Part shown: positions 1 to 11,768 of the stretch, one piece after another | Layout of the letters: every line of letters begins with the position of its first letter | How positions within the stretch are numbered: position 1 is the first letter of the stretch | Assembly: GCA_934130215.1 (NCBI GenBank) | Contig: CAKOXR010000002.1 | Location: 1-50,038, forward strand | Direction: 5' to 3' | Length of the DNA: 50,038 nucleotides | Source of the DNA: an uncultured Bacilli bacterium | Lineage (GTDB): Bacteria; Bacillota_I; Bacilli_A; RF39; UBA660 | Program-made: the position numbers and the translations under genes | Notes under the pieces: model-generated | Database searches by the model: none | What the model was told of the DNA's origin: nothing | The model's input: the letters and a program-made list of their open reading frames with translations, nothing else

Positions 1-299
1 TGTCCTCTTACAGGTAAACCTTTTTTATGACGAGTTCCTTGATATGAATTAATTTCCATTTTTGTTTTAATATTCATATTAATATCTCGTCTTAAGTCAC
101 CTTCAGTTAAATATTTATTTACTTCATCACGAAGAGCTGCTACTTGTTCATTTGATAAGTCTTTTGCTCTTATATTTTCATCAACGCCAGCATCTTTACA
201 TATTGTAGTTGCTAAACTTTTACCTATTCCATAGATATAAGTTAAAGCGATGACAGTTCTTTTATTATTTGGTATATCTACACCTTTAATTCGTGCCAT
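1..299 (-). CDS. rpsM: 30S ribosomal protein S13 (N-terminal part; 3' end runs off the window)
   Basis: Own translation of the minus strand from the ATG at 299 gives [49 protein letters not shown]..., a canonical S13 N-terminus. It lies after rpmJ as in alpha operons. It is truncated, so it is absent from the ORF track. Confidence 0.9.
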   Translation of the reverse strand, partial: MARIKGVDIPNNKRTVIALTYIYGIGKSLATTICKDAGVDENIRAKDLSNEQVAALRDEVNKYLTEGDLRRDINMNIKTKMEINSYQGTRHKKGLPVRG

Positions 300-313
300 T
301 CAAGACCCTCCTT

Positions 314-427
314 CTAACCTTGTCTTTGCTTATGCTTTGGATTTGTACATATAACATATACTCTTCCATTTCGTCTAATAATTTTACATTTTTCGCATCT
401 TTTTTTTACTGATGGTTTTATTACCAT
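314..427 (-). CDS. rpmJ: 50S ribosomal protein L36
   Basis: Own translation gives [37 protein letters not shown] (37 aa), the L36 zinc-ribbon pattern. It sits between infA and rpsM. It is too short for the ORF track. Confidence 0.9.
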   Translation of the reverse strand: MVIKPSVKKRCEKCKIIRRNGRVYVICTNPKHKQRQG

Positions 428-437
428 AATATCCCTC

Positions 438-653
438 CTACTTTCTATAGGTTATGCGCCCACGTGTTAAATCGTATGGTGATAATTCTATTGTAACTGT
501 ATCGCCTAGTGAAATGTGAATGAAATTCATTCGCATTTTACCAGAAACGTGGGCCGTTACAGTGTGCTTATTTTTAAGTTCAACTTTGAACTCTCCATTT
601 GGCAATACTTCTACTATTTTTCCTTCTGTTTCAATTATATCATCTTTTGCCAT
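438..653 (-). CDS. infA: translation initiation factor IF-1
   Basis: 71 aa, [45 protein letters not shown], a typical S1-like IF-1. Confidence 0.95.
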   Translation of the reverse strand: MAKDDIIETEGKIVEVLPNGEFKVELKNKHTVTAHVSGKMRMNFIHISLGDTVTIELSPYDLTRGRITYRK

Positions 654-657
654 ATAA

Positions 658-1404
658 TCACCTCTTTGTTAATATTTCATAGCCACTACTTGTAACAAGT
701 ACTGTGTGCTCAAAGTGTGCTGATGGTTTTCCATCAGCAGTTATAACTGTCCAATCATCTTCTAATAAATATACTCTACTAGTTCCTAAATTAAGCATTG
801 GTTCCACAGCTATTACCATACCAGCTTTTAAAACTGGTCCTCTATCTTTTTTTCCATAATTTGGTACATCTGGTTCTTCATGAATATTTGTTCCAACACC
901 ATGACCAACTAGTTCTCTAACAATACCTAAATTATATTTTTTTGCATAAGTTTCGATAGCATTACTAACTTCACCCAATTTAATTCCATCTTTTATTTTA
1001 TTCAAACCAGCAAATAATGCTTCTTCGGTATGTCTCATTAGATATGCTTTATCACTACTTACTTTACCAACGGCATATGTCCATGCAGAATCCCCATGGT
1101 AACCTTTATAACAAGCACCAATATCTATTGATATGATATCTCCTTCTTTTAGTTTATAACCATTTGGGATTCCATGAACTACTTTGTCATTAACTGATGT
1201 ACATATAGATGCTGGATAACCTTCATAATTTTTAAATGAAGGATATGCATTTCTCGATCTAATATACTTATCAGCGATTTCTTCTAATTCTTTTGTTGTA
1301 ACTCCAGGTTTAACATATTTTTTTAAATAATTATGAGTATCACCTACTATAGAACCCGCAATACGAAGAAGTTCTATTTCTTCTGGAGTTTTAATTTTTA
1401 TCAT
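658..1404 (-). CDS. map: methionine aminopeptidase type I
   Basis: 248 aa with [15 protein letters not shown] and [11 protein letters not shown] metal-site motifs. It sits in the adk-map-infA order. Confidence 0.93.
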   Translation of the reverse strand: MIKIKTPEEIELLRIAGSIVGDTHNYLKKYVKPGVTTKELEEIADKYIRSRNAYPSFKNYEGYPASICTSVNDKVVHGIPNGYKLKEGDIISIDIGACYKGYHGDSAWTYAVGKVSSDKAYLMRHTEEALFAGLNKIKDGIKLGEVSNAIETYAKKYNLGIVRELVGHGVGTNIHEEPDVPNYGKKDRGPVLKAGMVIAVEPMLNLGTSRVYLLEDDWTVITADGKPSAHFEHTVLVTSSGYEILTKR

Positions 1405-2053
1405 TGTTTAAAATCCTTTCGACTTGTAAATCTGTATGTTCTTTAGATATAGAACTATCTACTGTTTTCAATAATCCTTTTGCTTTATAATAATCTATTA
1501 ATTTTGATGTTTTATCTATATATGTATCAAATCTATCATCAAATGTACTCTCTGTATCATCAGATCTTTTATAAAGAGCAATATGACAAATATCACATAT
1601 TCCATCCATTTGTGGTTTTAATCCATCTACTAAAGTATTATAAACTTTACCACATTTTGGACATAAAACACGACCAATTATCCTATTTCTCGCTGTTTCT
1701 CTATCAATATCTAAATAAATTACTGTTCCTAGTTCCTTACCAATTGACTCTAACATATTTTCATATATTCTCGCTTGCATAACGGTTCTAGGAAATCCAT
1801 CTAAAATATAACCATTTTTACAATCATCTTCTAGAATTCTTTCTCTTAATAATTTTACTACTACATCATCATCAACTAAGGCTCCTTTTTTAAGTTGTTC
1901 CTTAATTTCTAAACCTTCTTCAGTATTAGATTCTGCAGCTTTTCTTAGTAAATCACCTGTTGAGATATGTGGAATATTATATCTTTCTTTTAATATACTT
2001 GCCTCTGTACCTTTTCCAGCAGCAGGAGGTGCTATTAAAATAATACTTTTCAT
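1391..2053 (-). CDS. adk: adenylate kinase (zinc-lid type)
   Basis: P-loop APPAAGKGT, the GDLLR motif, and a lid with CPKCG...CDIC. Confidence 0.95.
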   Translation of the reverse strand: MKSIILIAPPAAGKGTEASILKERYNIPHISTGDLLRKAAESNTEEGLEIKEQLKKGALVDDDVVVKLLRERILEDDCKNGYILDGFPRTVMQARIYENMLESIGKELGTVIYLDIDRETARNRIIGRVLCPKCGKVYNTLVDGLKPQMDGICDICHIALYKRSDDTESTFDDRFDTYIDKTSKLIDYYKAKGLLKTVDSSISKEHTDLQVERILNNDKN

Positions 2054-3321
2054 CTTCTTCTTCCCTTCTGGTAATTTTTACTTACTATTTCACTTTCTAT
2101 TTGTTTATAAGTTTCTAGTGCAACACCAACAGCAATTAATAATCCTGTACCACCAAGTGATATATTTGAATCACTAATTTTAGTTACAGCTGTAAATAAA
2201 ATTGGGATTGCTGCAAGTAGTGCAAGTGATAAAGTTCCTACTAAAGTAATTCTTTTTAATACATCAGTAATATACTTAGTAGTATTTTCACCTGGTCTAA
2301 CACCTGGTATATATCCGCCATTTTTTTGTAAATTTTCTGCAACATCTTTTGGTTTTAATTGAATATAGAATGTATAAAAATATCCAAAAGCAATTATCAA
2401 TGCCATATAAAGGATAAATCCAGTAACACTATTATAAGATATCCAATTTTCATAAAATTTTGTAAATCCACTTTTATTTATTGCTCCTGCAATCATTCCT
2501 GGTATTGAAATAAATGCTGAAGCTAATATAACTGGCATTACTCCTGCAGAATTTAATTTAAATGGTAAATAATTATCTTTAGTAAATATAGCACCTGATT
2601 TATTTGAATATTGAATAGTAACTCTTCTTTCAGCATTATCAACAAATATAATTCCAATTATAATTAAGAAATATAAAAGTATAAATATAATAAATAGTAC
2701 TATTCCTAAAACATTTCCAAATGTTCCACTTGTAATGAAACTTTTGAAAGCACCAATGAATGTTGATGGTAAACTTGCAACAATGCCTGCCATGATTAAT
2801 AATGACATACCGTTTCCAACACCTTTACTAGTCATTTGATCACTCATCCATAATAAGAATGCTGTTCCAGCTGTTAGAACTAAAGAATATAGCAAATAAT
2901 CAGTTGGACTTGCAGATTTGCCTAAATACATAAATGAATATAAATATCCCTGTGCAAATGCAAGTGCAATTCCCATTATTCTAGTAATTTTATTTAATTT
3001 TTGCCTTCCAGTATATCCTTCTTTTGCTAGATCAGAGAAATATGGAATTATGTCCATTTCTAAAAACTGAACTATAATAGATGCTGATATATATGGCATT
3101 ACACCAAGTGCAAATATTGAAAAATTACCAAGTGAGCCTCCATTCATTACATTGAAAAATTCAAAAAATCCTAAATTACCTGTTAGTTGTACTTTAGGAA
3201 TACCTGGTACAACTATAGCTTTACCTATAACAAATATTAATAAACATGATAATGTGAAAAGAATTCTTTTCCTTAAGTCTTTATGTTTTGGACTAAATAT
3301 TTGCTTAAAATTTGCAAACAT
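2050..3321 (-). CDS. secY: preprotein translocase subunit SecY
   Basis: 423-aa polytopic membrane protein located between rplO and adk. It contains GIMPYISASII-like (GVMPYISASIIVQ) and GGYIPGVRPG motifs. Confidence 0.95.
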   Translation of the reverse strand: MFANFKQIFSPKHKDLRKRILFTLSCLLIFVIGKAIVVPGIPKVQLTGNLGFFEFFNVMNGGSLGNFSIFALGVMPYISASIIVQFLEMDIIPYFSDLAKEGYTGRQKLNKITRIMGIALAFAQGYLYSFMYLGKSASPTDYLLYSLVLTAGTAFLLWMSDQMTSKGVGNGMSLLIMAGIVASLPSTFIGAFKSFITSGTFGNVLGIVLFIIFILLYFLIIIGIIFVDNAERRVTIQYSNKSGAIFTKDNYLPFKLNSAGVMPVILASAFISIPGMIAGAINKSGFTKFYENWISYNSVTGFILYMALIIAFGYFYTFYIQLKPKDVAENLQKNGGYIPGVRPGENTTKYITDVLKRITLVGTLSLALLAAIPILFTAVTKISDSNISLGGTGLLIAVGVALETYKQIESEIVSKNYQKGRRR

Positions 3322-3322
3322 A

Positions 3323-3766
3323 TTAGATCACCTCAATTGTTCCACCTAAGGCTTCTATTTCTTTTTTAGCTGTTTCTGAGAACTTACTAGCTTGAACATT
3401 TAATTTCTTAGTTAATTTACCATTACCTAATACTTTTATTCCATCTAAACTATTTTTAATTACTCCCATTTCTTTCAATAAAGTTGGTGTAACTAAAGTT
3501 CCTTCAGCAAATTTATCTAGATCACTTAGGTTAATAACAGCATATCTGATTTTAAATTTAGCATTAGAAAATCCTCTTTTAGGTAATCTTCTGAATAATG
3601 GTAATTGTCCACCTTCAAAACCAATTCTAACACCGCCACCAGATCTAGCATTTTGACCTTTATGACCTTTTCCACTTGTTTTTCCTAATCCTGAGCCAGT
3701 TCCACGACCAACTCTTTTTCTTTCTTTAAAAGCACCTTCTGTAGGTGTAATATTATTTAATTTCAT
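3323..3766 (-). CDS. rplO: 50S ribosomal protein L15
   Basis: [38 protein letters not shown]. Confidence 0.95.
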   Translation of the reverse strand: MKLNNITPTEGAFKERKRVGRGTGSGLGKTSGKGHKGQNARSGGGVRIGFEGGQLPLFRRLPKRGFSNAKFKIRYAVINLSDLDKFAEGTLVTPTLLKEMGVIKNSLDGIKVLGNGKLTKKLNVQASKFSETAKKEIEALGGTIEVI

Positions 3767-4269
3767 AATATATCCTCTACTTTCTTACCGCGCATTTCAG
3801 CAACTTCTTCAACTGTTCTTTGAGCTTTTAAAGCTTTTAATGTAGCATATGCAACATTTATTTGTGTTTTTGATCCTAATGATTTAGAGATAACATCTTT
3901 TACACCAGCAAGTTCTAATACTGCTCTTACTGGACCACCAGCTTTAACACCAACACCTTCATTGGCAGGTTTTAAAAGTACACGACTAGCACCTTGTTCA
4001 CCAATTGCTTCATGAGGTATTGTTCTATTATCAACTAAAGAAATTCTTGTAACATTTTTAGTTGCAGCTTCAACAGCTTTTTTAATAGCATCTGGTACTT
4101 CATTTGCTTTTCCTGTTCCAAGTCCAACTTGTCCTTTACGATCACCAACAGCAGCTGTTACAGCAAAACGAAAGTGACGACCTCCTTTTGCTACTTTAGT
4201 AACACGACCGATGTTTATTATTTCTTCATCAAATTGTTTAGGACGTGGTTCTCTTTTTCTCTTTTCCAT
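3763..4269 (-). CDS. rpsE: 30S ribosomal protein S5
   Basis: [26 protein letters not shown] motif. The stop overlaps the rplO start by 4 nt. Confidence 0.95.
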   Translation of the reverse strand: MEKRKREPRPKQFDEEIINIGRVTKVAKGGRHFRFAVTAAVGDRKGQVGLGTGKANEVPDAIKKAVEAATKNVTRISLVDNRTIPHEAIGEQGASRVLLKPANEGVGVKAGGPVRAVLELAGVKDVISKSLGSKTQINVAYATLKALKAQRTVEEVAEMRGKKVEDIL

Positions 4270-4280
4270 TTTGTCCTCCT

Positions 4281-4643
4281 TTAGAATTCTAAGCCGTTTT
4301 CACGTGCTGCTTCAGCTAGCGCTTCAACACGTCCATGATATTGGTATCCACCTCTATCAAATACGACTTTGCTTATTTTTGCTTTTTTTGCTCTTTTAGC
4401 GATCAATTCACCAACTTTAGCAGCTGCTTCAATATTTCCACCATTTTCAAGATTTAATTCTTTATCGATAGAAGAAGCACTTACTAATGTTTTATTAGCT
4501 TCATCATCTATTATTTGGGCAAAAATGTTTTTATTTGATCTAAACACATTTAATCTTGGAACTTCATTAGTTCCTTTAACAGATTCTCTAATTCTAACGT
4601 GTCTAGCAATACGTTTTTCATTACGAGATACTTGTTTTATCAT
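4281..4643 (-). CDS. rplR: 50S ribosomal protein L18
   Basis: [33 protein letters not shown], with a C-terminal [17 protein letters not shown]. Confidence 0.95.
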   Translation of the reverse strand: MIKQVSRNEKRIARHVRIRESVKGTNEVPRLNVFRSNKNIFAQIIDDEANKTLVSASSIDKELNLENGGNIEAAAKVGELIAKRAKKAKISKVVFDRGGYQYHGRVEALAEAARENGLEF

Positions 4644-4659
4644 AAGTTATTCTCCTTTA

Positions 4660-5193
4660 CTATTTAGAAGCTTTCTTGCCTTCTTTGCGAATTATATGTT
4701 CGTCTTTATATTTAATACCTTTACCTTTATATGGTTCTGGTGGTCTTATTTTACGAATATTTGCAGAAAATTCGCCAACTTGCTCTTTGTTAATTCCTTT
4801 TACTGTTATTTCAGTATTACTTGGACTATCTACTGTAATTCCTTCAGGAATTTCAACTTCAACTGGATGTGAGAATCCAGCAGTTACTACTAATGTTTTA
4901 CCTTTAACTTGGAAACGATAACCAACACCAACTGATTCTAGTGCTTTTTCATAACCATCAGTAACACCTACTATCATATTCTTGATATTAGCATTTGCAG
5001 TACCATGGAAGTTTTTGTATTCATCACTATCTCTAGTAATTTTAACTTCATTTCCTTCAACAACTACATTTATTTTATCATGTATTTCAGTAGAAAGTTC
5101 ACCCTTAGGTCCTTTAACTGTAACTTTATTGCCATCAACAAGAATAGTTACACCTGCAGGAACTGTTAAAATACGATTTCCAATTCTTGACAT
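4660..5193 (-). CDS. rplF: 50S ribosomal protein L6
   Basis: MSRIGNRILTVPAGVTI... and EPYKGKGIKY. Confidence 0.95.
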   Translation of the reverse strand: MSRIGNRILTVPAGVTILVDGNKVTVKGPKGELSTEIHDKINVVVEGNEVKITRDSDEYKNFHGTANANIKNMIVGVTDGYEKALESVGVGYRFQVKGKTLVVTAGFSHPVEVEIPEGITVDSPSNTEITVKGINKEQVGEFSANIRKIRPPEPYKGKGIKYKDEHIIRKEGKKASK

Positions 5194-5206
5194 AATTTAT
5201 TCCTTC

Positions 5207-5602
5207 CTACCATACATAAGCTAATACTTCGCCACCAAGTGATAATTCACGAGCTTTTTTATCAGTCATAACTCCTTTAGAAGTAGATATGATTGCAATT
5301 CCTAAACCGTTTAATACTTTTGGTACTTCATCAGCTTTTACATATACACGTAATCCTGGTTTAGATATTTTCTTTAAACCTGTTATAACGCGTACCTTAT
5401 TTTCTGTATATTTTAAATTAATAACAATTATATTTTGTACATTGTTCTTTTTGATTTTGTAATCATTTACAAAACCTTCTTCTTTTAATATTTTCGCGAT
5501 TTCGATTTTTAAATTTGAAGCGGGTACTTCAACTTCCTTATCACGCATTTGATTGGCATTTCTAATACGTGTAAGCATATCGGCGATTGGATCTGTTACC
5601 AT
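5207..5602 (-). CDS. rpsH: 30S ribosomal protein S8
   Basis: [16 protein letters not shown]. The start is moved to the internal ATG at 5602, which is preceded by GGGAGG. The ORF-track start at 5620 would add 6 non-conserved residues. Confidence 0.93.
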   Translation of the reverse strand: MVTDPIADMLTRIRNANQMRDKEVEVPASNLKIEIAKILKEEGFVNDYKIKKNNVQNIIVINLKYTENKVRVITGLKKISKPGLRVYVKADEVPKVLNGLGIAIISTSKGVMTDKKARELSLGGEVLAYVW

Positions 5603-5630
5603 TATATTTCCTCCCTTCAATTATCAAGAA

Positions 5631-5816
5631 TTACCAACTAGATTTAGTAACCCCTGGTATTTGTCCCTTATATGCTAATTCCCTAAAACAAATACGGCAT
5701 ATTCCATATTTTTTAAGTACAGCATGTGGTCTGCCACATCTTTTACATCTTGTATATTCTCGTACTTTAAATTTTTGGGGTTTACTAGCTTTATTTATCA
5801 TACTTTTTTTAGCCAT
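5631..5816 (-). CDS. rpsN: 30S ribosomal protein S14, short zinc-binding (type Z) form
   Basis: 61 aa with [38 protein letters not shown] (CxxC...CxxC). Confidence 0.95.
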   Translation of the reverse strand: MAKKSMINKASKPQKFKVREYTRCKRCGRPHAVLKKYGICRICFRELAYKGQIPGVTKSSW

Positions 5817-5824
5817 ATTTCCTC

Positions 5825-6364
5825 CTATTTCTTAAATGGCATACCGAAACCTTTTAAAAGATCGTATGCTTCTTCATTAGATTTAGCAGTTGTAACGAAT
5901 ACGATATCCATACCTCTAACTTTAACTACATTATCATATTCTATTTCTGAGAATATTAATTGTTCAGTTAAACCTAGAGTATAGTTTCCTCTACCATCAA
6001 ATGCTGTAGAAGATATACCTCTAAAGTCACGAACACGAGGTAATGTTATACTAATTAATTTATCTAAAAAGTTATACATATTTTCTCCTCGTAATGTTAC
6101 TTTACAACCAATAGCTTGACCAGCTCTTATTTTAAATCCAGCAATTGCTTTTTTTGCTTTTGTAGCTACTGGTTTTTGGTCAGTAATTAGTTCTAAATCG
6201 TTCATAGCAGCTTCAAGTAATTTACTATTTGTACTTGCATCACCACAACCAATATTTACAACTATTTTTTCTAATCTAGGAACTTGTAATACGTTCTTAT
6301 AGCCATATTTTTCTTTTAAACTAGGTATGATTTCTTTATTATATACTTCTTTTAGGCGGTTCAT
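5825..6364 (-). CDS. rplE: 50S ribosomal protein L5
   Basis: [37 protein letters not shown]. Confidence 0.95.
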   Translation of the reverse strand: MNRLKEVYNKEIIPSLKEKYGYKNVLQVPRLEKIVVNIGCGDASTNSKLLEAAMNDLELITDQKPVATKAKKAIAGFKIRAGQAIGCKVTLRGENMYNFLDKLISITLPRVRDFRGISSTAFDGRGNYTLGLTEQLIFSEIEYDNVVKVRGMDIVFVTTAKSNEEAYDLLKGFGMPFKK

Positions 6365-6377
6365 ATTCTCCCTCCTC

Positions 6378-6686
6378 CTAACTTAATTTCTCATTAGATT
6401 TTTTTGTAACACGTACTTTTTTACCATTTTTATCAACTCCATGACCAATTCTTGAAGTTTTACCGCTCTTTGGCTCAATAATCATTGCGTTTGATGCATG
6501 GATTGGAGCTTCACGATCAACAATACTGCCTTCGTTTTGTCCGTTTGGTTTTACGTGTTTTTTAACCATATTAACGCCTTCAATGACGATTTTGTTTTCT
6601 TGTTTTAATATTTGTGTTATTGTTCCTTCTTTACCTTTATTAGATCCAGCTATAACTCTAACACGATCTCCTTTTTTGAAGTTCAT
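6378..6686 (-). CDS. rplX: 50S ribosomal protein L24
   Basis: [20 protein letters not shown], a KOW motif. Confidence 0.95.
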   Translation of the reverse strand: MNFKKGDRVRVIAGSNKGKEGTITQILKQENKIVIEGVNMVKKHVKPNGQNEGSIVDREAPIHASNAMIIEPKSGKTSRIGHGVDKNGKKVRVTKKSNEKLS

Positions 6687-6707
6687 TTTTATCCTCCTTC
6701 ATGAATT

Positions 6708-7073
6708 TTATAACACTTCTTTAGCAAGTGATACAATTTTCATATAATCATCACGCAATTCACGTGCTACTGGTCCAAATACACGAGTTCCTACTGGACT
6801 CTTATCATCTTTAATAATAACACAAGCATTATCATCAAATTTGATATATGATCCATCAGCTCTTCTAAGACCAAATTTACTTCTAACTACAACAGCTTTT
6901 ACAACTTTTCCTTTTGCTATTGTTCCGTTAGGAGTTGCTTTTTTTACGGTTCCAACTACTATGTCCCCGATATTTCCAGTTTTTACTTTGCTTCCTCCTA
7001 GAACACGAATAACGCTTAGTTCACGAGCTCCAGAATTATCAGCAACTTTTAATCTGCTTTCTTGTTGAATCAT
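6708..7073 (-). CDS. rplN: 50S ribosomal protein L14
   Basis: [18 protein letters not shown]. Confidence 0.96.
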   Translation of the reverse strand: MIQQESRLKVADNSGARELSVIRVLGGSKVKTGNIGDIVVGTVKKATPNGTIAKGKVVKAVVVRSKFGLRRADGSYIKFDDNACVIIKDDKSPVGTRVFGPVARELRDDYMKIVSLAKEVL

Positions 7074-7094
7074 TATAATTCCTCCCTCTTACAA

Positions 7095-7349
7095 TTATAT
7101 TATAATTGCTTTTTCTACTACTTCAACTAAACGATAGTGCTTTGTTTTTGAAAGCGGTCTAGTTTCAACTATTTTAACTGTATCTCCGACTTTTGCTTCA
7201 TTATTTTCGTCGTGTGCAGCATATTTCTTAGAATATTTAACTCTTTTACCATATAAGCTATCTTTTTTATATGTTTCAACTAAAACAGTAATAGTTTTAT
7301 CTGTTTTATCTGATACTACTTTACCAACTAATACTCTTTTATTTTCCAT
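7095..7349 (-). CDS. rpsQ: 30S ribosomal protein S17
   Basis: [21 protein letters not shown]...[11 protein letters not shown]. Confidence 0.95.
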   Translation of the reverse strand: MENKRVLVGKVVSDKTDKTITVLVETYKKDSLYGKRVKYSKKYAAHDENNEAKVGDTVKIVETRPLSKTKHYRLVEVVEKAIII

Positions 7350-7350
7350 A

Positions 7351-7551
7351 TTATTTTTCCTCCTTTAGTTCTCTTTCACGTAAGATTGTTTTTGCGCGAG
7401 CTACTAAGGTACGTAATTCACGAATACGTGAAGGTTTTTCAAGGTTACCTTTCGCTTGGTTAAATCTTAAGTTAAATAGTTCTGCTTTACTTTCTTCAAT
7501 CTTTTTAAGTAGATCGGCGCTTGATAATTTTCTTAATTCTTCATTTGTCAT
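7351..7551 (-). CDS. rpmC: 50S ribosomal protein L29
   Basis: [29 protein letters not shown]. Confidence 0.95.
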   Translation of the reverse strand: MTNEELRKLSSADLLKKIEESKAELFNLRFNQAKGNLEKPSRIRELRTLVARAKTILRERELKEEK

Positions 7552-7976
7552 GCGACATCACCACTTTCTTCTTTTTTTACAAATTTACATGTTACAGGTA
7601 ACTTATGCATTGCTAAACGAAGTGCTTCACGAGCAGTTGCTTCATCAACACCAGCTATCTCAAACATAATTTTTCCTTTTTTTACAACAGCAACCCATAA
7701 TTCTGGTTGACCTTTACCTTTACCCATACGAGTTTCTAGAGGTATTTTTGTTAATGATAAGTGTGGGAATATATTAATCCATACTTTACCACCACGTTTC
7801 ATATAACGTGTCATAGCTACACGAGCAGCTTCGATTTGCTTTTCAGTAATCCAAGCTCCTTCTAAAGCCATTAATCCGTAATCTCCAAAGCTTAAAGTTG
7901 TATTTCCTTTTGCTTTTCCATCATAATGAAGACGATGTGGTCTTCTATATTTTGTTCTTTTTGGTATTACGCCCAT
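7548..7976 (-). CDS. rplP: 50S ribosomal protein L16
   Basis: [15 protein letters not shown]. The start is set at the ATG at 7976, which is preceded by GAAGGAGG. The longer ORF-track start at 8015 lies inside rpsC. Confidence 0.93.
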   Translation of the reverse strand: MGVIPKRTKYRRPHRLHYDGKAKGNTTLSFGDYGLMALEGAWITEKQIEAARVAMTRYMKRGGKVWINIFPHLSLTKIPLETRMGKGKGQPELWVAVVKKGKIMFEIAGVDEATAREALRLAMHKLPVTCKFVKKEESGDVA

Positions 7977-8628
7977 GTTCTTTACCTCCTTCTTTTTTAC
8001 CAGGAAGTATTTCACCTTTATAAATCCAAACCTTTACACCAATTTTTCCAAATGCTGTATCAGCTTCTTTATTAGCATAATCAATATTAGCTCTAATTGT
8101 ATGAAGTGGTATATTACCTTCAGAATATCCTTCACTTCTAGCAATATCTGCTCCGCCTAAACGACCAGATACTGATGTTTTAATTCCTTTAGCTCCTGCT
8201 TTCATTGTGTTTCTTATAGCTCTTTTTTGAGCAACACGGAATGAAACACGATTTTCAATAGCAGTTGCAATTGATTGTGCTACTAGAGCAGCATTTAAGT
8301 CTGGGTTTTTAACTTCCATTATAGAAATTTGAATTTCTTCATTTACTAATTTTTTTAATTCTTTTTTTAATTTTTCTATTTCATCGCCACCGTGACCAAT
8401 TACTACACCTGGTTTTGCGGTATTGATGATAACCTCTGTTCTTTTATTGTTTCTGTTAATTAATACACTTGAAACTGATGCTTCTTTTAATCTTTTACTT
8501 AAATACTTACGAATCTTTTCATCGTTTTGTAGATAATCTGCAAAATCCTTATTTGAAGCAAACCATTTTGATTCCCAAGTCTTATTAACACCCATTCTAA
8601 ATCCTATCGGACTAACTTTTTGACCCAT
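7945..8628 (-). CDS. rpsC: 30S ribosomal protein S3
   Basis: [24 protein letters not shown], a KH domain. Its basic tail reads 32 nt into rplP. Confidence 0.95.
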   Translation of the reverse strand: MGQKVSPIGFRMGVNKTWESKWFASNKDFADYLQNDEKIRKYLSKRLKEASVSSVLINRNNKRTEVIINTAKPGVVIGHGGDEIEKLKKELKKLVNEEIQISIMEVKNPDLNAALVAQSIATAIENRVSFRVAQKRAIRNTMKAGAKGIKTSVSGRLGGADIARSEGYSEGNIPLHTIRANIDYANKEADTAFGKIGVKVWIYKGEILPGKKEGGKEHGRNTKKNKI

Positions 8629-8640
8629 TAGGTTTCCTCC

Positions 8641-8976
8641 TTATTTGTTATCACTTACTACAATTGTGATGTGGCAAGTTCTTTTCTTAATAGGATCTAC
8701 GTGTCCACGAGAACCAAATTTCATTCTTTTCATAACGACTCCCTCGTTCACGTAAGCTTCCTTAACTATTAAATTTTCTTTTTCTAAATTTAAATTGTGT
8801 TCAGCATTTGCTACTGCTGATTTTAATACTTTACGAATTGCACGCGCAGCATCTTTGTTTAAGTTTGATAAAATATTATCAGCTTCAACAACGCTTTTTC
8901 CACGAATAAGGTCAATAGTTAAACGACACTTTCGTGGTGCGATTCTAACTGTATAAGCGATTGCTTTTGCTTCCAT
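8641..8976 (-). CDS. rplV: 50S ribosomal protein L22
   Basis: MEAKAIAYTVRIAPRKCRLTIDLIRGK. Confidence 0.95.
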   Translation of the reverse strand: MEAKAIAYTVRIAPRKCRLTIDLIRGKSVVEADNILSNLNKDAARAIRKVLKSAVANAEHNLNLEKENLIVKEAYVNEGVVMKRMKFGSRGHVDPIKKRTCHITIVVSDNK

Positions 8977-8999
8977 GCATATCCTCCTTTATGGTTTAA

Positions 9000-9269
9000 T
9001 TACTTTTGTTTTTGATCGCCGTGTCCGCCAAATTTACGAGTTGGCACGAACTCTCCTAATTTATGTCCTACCATATCTTCAGTTATATATACTGGAATAA
9101 ATTCTTTTCCATTATGTACTGCGAATGTTAGACCAATAAAGTCAGGGAAAATAGTTGAACGGCGTGACCATGTTTTTATTACTTCTTTTTTAGTAGATGC
9201 ATTTGCTGCTTCAACTTTTTTCATTAAGTGTTCATCAGCAAAAGGTCCTTTTTTAAGACTTCTAGCCAT
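9000..9269 (-). CDS. rpsS: 30S ribosomal protein S19
   Basis: [19 protein letters not shown]...[23 protein letters not shown]. Confidence 0.96.
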   Translation of the reverse strand: MARSLKKGPFADEHLMKKVEAANASTKKEVIKTWSRRSTIFPDFIGLTFAVHNGKEFIPVYITEDMVGHKLGEFVPTRKFGGHGDQKQK

Positions 9270-9278
9270 TTAAGATCC

Positions 9279-10112
9279 TCACTTTCTCTTACGACCACGT
9301 ACGATTAGTTTTGTTGAACTCTTTTTATTCTTACGTGTCTTGTATCCTAATGCAGGTTTACCCCATGGAGTAACTGGTCCTTTTCGTCCGATTGGTGCAC
9401 GACCTTCACCACCACCATGTGGGTGATCGTTAGGGTTCATAACTGATCCTCTAACTGTAGGTTTAATACCCATATGACGACTTCTTCCAGCTTTACCTAA
9501 ATTAACTAATTCATGATCGGCATTTCCAACTTCACCAATAGTTGCTCTACAACTTGATAAAAGTTTACGAACTTCGCCACTTGTTAATCTAATTAATGTA
9601 TATTTTCCTTCAGTACCTAATACTTGAGCACTTGTTCCAGCACAGCGAACTAATTGTCCTCCTTTACCTGGTAACATTTCAATATTATGTATTAATGTTC
9701 CTTCAGGAATATTTGCTAGTGCTAAGTTATTTCCAACTAAAATATCAACTTTTTCTCCACTTATGATCTTAGATCCAACTTTTAACCCATTTGGTGCTAA
9801 AATGTATCTTTTTTCACCATCAATGTAATTAATTAAAGCGATATTTGCACTTCTATTTGGATCGTATTGAATGCTTGAAACATTTCCTACGATACCATCT
9901 TTATTTCTTTTGAAATCAATTAAACGGTATTTACGTTTTTCACCGCCTCCGCGATGTCTTACAGTAATTCGTCCTTGATTATTACGACCACTATTTTTCT
10001 TTAATACTGTGAGTAATGATTTTTCTGGTGTACTACTAGTAATTTCTTCATTTACTAAGGTAGTCATTCCTCTTAAACCATTAGTCATAGGTTTGTAACT
10101 TTTTATTGCCAT
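9279..10112 (-). CDS. rplB: 50S ribosomal protein L2
   Basis: [16 protein letters not shown]...[25 protein letters not shown]. Confidence 0.96.
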   Translation of the reverse strand: MAIKSYKPMTNGLRGMTTLVNEEITSSTPEKSLLTVLKKNSGRNNQGRITVRHRGGGEKRKYRLIDFKRNKDGIVGNVSSIQYDPNRSANIALINYIDGEKRYILAPNGLKVGSKIISGEKVDILVGNNLALANIPEGTLIHNIEMLPGKGGQLVRCAGTSAQVLGTEGKYTLIRLTSGEVRKLLSSCRATIGEVGNADHELVNLGKAGRSRHMGIKPTVRGSVMNPNDHPHGGGEGRAPIGRKGPVTPWGKPALGYKTRKNKKSSTKLIVRGRKRK

Positions 10113-10130
10113 AATATATCCTCCTTACAA

Positions 10131-10406
10131 CTAATTAAGTTCGATTGAACTACCCTCTTTTAGTGTAACAATAGCTTTTTTAACTTTATTTGTTTTACCA
10201 GGATAGCGACCAACTCTTTTTTTCTTTGGTCTTACGTTAATTGTATTAACGCTTTTTACTTTTACATTAAATAATTTTTCAACAGCATCTTTAATTTCAA
10301 TTTTATTAGCATTTACATCAACACTTAATGTTATTTGATTATTTTGTGCTATTTCAGAACTCTTTTCAGTAATAATTGGTCCTTTAATAATGTCATATTT
10401 TTTCAT
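10131..10406 (-). CDS. rplW: 50S ribosomal protein L23
   Basis: [12 protein letters not shown]...[10 protein letters not shown]. Confidence 0.94.
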   Translation of the reverse strand: MKKYDIIKGPIITEKSSEIAQNNQITLSVDVNANKIEIKDAVEKLFNVKVKSVNTINVRPKKKRVGRYPGKTNKVKKAIVTLKEGSSIELN

Positions 10407-11029
10407 TATTTAAGTGCCTCCTCTACTTGTTTTAATGCTTTTTCAGTTATAACCATTTTATCAGATGCAACTATATCATATGTATTAATTTCATCTGCTG
10501 TTAATAACATTACATTAGTTAAGTTTCTTGTTGATAGGATTAAGTTATCTGTTAATTCATCAGTAACTAATAATACTTTTCCTTCTACATTTAAACCTTT
10601 TAACATTGCTTTAGCATCTTTTGTCTTATTACTTGCTACATTTAAATTATCAACAACAACTAATTCGTTATCAATTACTTTATAAGCAAGAGCAGATTTA
10701 AGTGCTAATCTTCTTTCTTTTCTATTCATTTTGAAACTGTAATCACGATTATGTGGTCCAAATACTATTCCACCATGATACCATTGTGCAGCACGAATAG
10801 ATCCTTGTCTTGCACGACCAGTTCCTTTTTGTCTCCAAGGTTTACGACCTCCACCGCTAACTTCACTTCTAGTTTTTGTTTCAGAAGTACCTTGTCTGCG
10901 ACTATTTTTTGCTAATCTAATAGCATCATATAAAGTTGTATCATTTGGTTTAATTCCAAATACTTCTTTATTTAAGGTAATATCATTTACTTTTTCACCT
11001 TTAACATTTATAACTGTTACTTTTTCCAT
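10406..11029 (-). CDS. rplD: 50S ribosomal protein L4
   Basis: [25 protein letters not shown]. Confidence 0.95.
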   Translation of the reverse strand: MEKVTVINVKGEKVNDITLNKEVFGIKPNDTTLYDAIRLAKNSRRQGTSETKTRSEVSGGGRKPWRQKGTGRARQGSIRAAQWYHGGIVFGPHNRDYSFKMNRKERRLALKSALAYKVIDNELVVVDNLNVASNKTKDAKAMLKGLNVEGKVLLVTDELTDNLILSTRNLTNVMLLTADEINTYDIVASDKMVITEKALKQVEEALK

Positions 11030-11040
11030 TTTATTACCTC

Positions 11041-11760
11041 CTATTCATTTACTTCAGTTTCGTTTGAAACTTCACTTTCTACAACATCTTCAACTGTAAT
11101 ATAATTAACTAATTCTTCAGTTTCATTGATTTTTCCTGGAGTTTTAACAGAAGTTTTTATAAATACTAAACCTTCTTTTGCTCCTGGTACATTTCCTTTT
11201 ATTAAGATGCAGTTATTTTCTTTATCAACTTTTACTACTTCAAGATTTTGAATAGTTACAGTTAATACTCCCATATGACCTGGTAATTTTTTGGCTTTAA
11301 ATACTCTCATTGGTCTCATAGTTCCCATTGAACCCGGTTTTCTATGATAATGTGAACCGTGTCCCATTGGACCACGAGATTGTCCATGACGAGTAATAAC
11401 TCCTTCAAATCCGTGTCCTTTTGTAGTTCCAGTTACATCAACAACTTCGCCTTCTGTAAATGAATCTACACTAATTTCATCGCCAACATTATAGTTAGCT
11501 ACATCTACACCTCTGATTTCTCTAAAGAAGCGCTTAGGTGTAGTGTTTGCTTTCTTGGCATGGCCAATAATTGCTTTTGTCGTGTTTTTCTCTTTAATGC
11601 TTTCAAAACCTAATTGAATTGCTTCGTAACCATCGTTTTCTTTAGTCTTGATTTGTGTTACAACGTTTGGTTCAACTTCAATTACTGTTACAGGAATTAA
11701 TTTTCCAGATTTTGTAAACACTTGAGTCATTCCTTTTTTACGACCTAAGATTCCTTTCAT
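11041..11760 (-). CDS. rplC: 50S ribosomal protein L3 (with an acidic C-terminal extension of about 30 aa)
   Basis: [15 protein letters not shown]...GKGFEGV-like [12 protein letters not shown]. The tail is ...[17 protein letters not shown]. Confidence 0.94.
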   Translation of the reverse strand: MKGILGRKKGMTQVFTKSGKLIPVTVIEVEPNVVTQIKTKENDGYEAIQLGFESIKEKNTTKAIIGHAKKANTTPKRFFREIRGVDVANYNVGDEISVDSFTEGEVVDVTGTTKGHGFEGVITRHGQSRGPMGHGSHYHRKPGSMGTMRPMRVFKAKKLPGHMGVLTVTIQNLEVVKVDKENNCILIKGNVPGAKEGLVFIKTSVKTPGKINETEELVNYITVEDVVESEVSNETEVNE

Positions 11761-11768
11761 ATTTCCTC

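Noticed and set aside
1480-1782. Plus-strand ORFs antisense to the ribosomal operon, adk and secY (for example 1480-1782, 3152-3349, 4211-4399, 4369-4872, 4676-4921, 4982-5224, 5587-5835, 5724-5984, 6841-7068, 7975-8160, 10335-10685, 11929-12228)
   Set aside because: They lie entirely inside well-supported, highly conserved genes on the opposite strand. They have low-complexity, hydrophobic or odd composition and no RBS. They are typical shadow ORFs.
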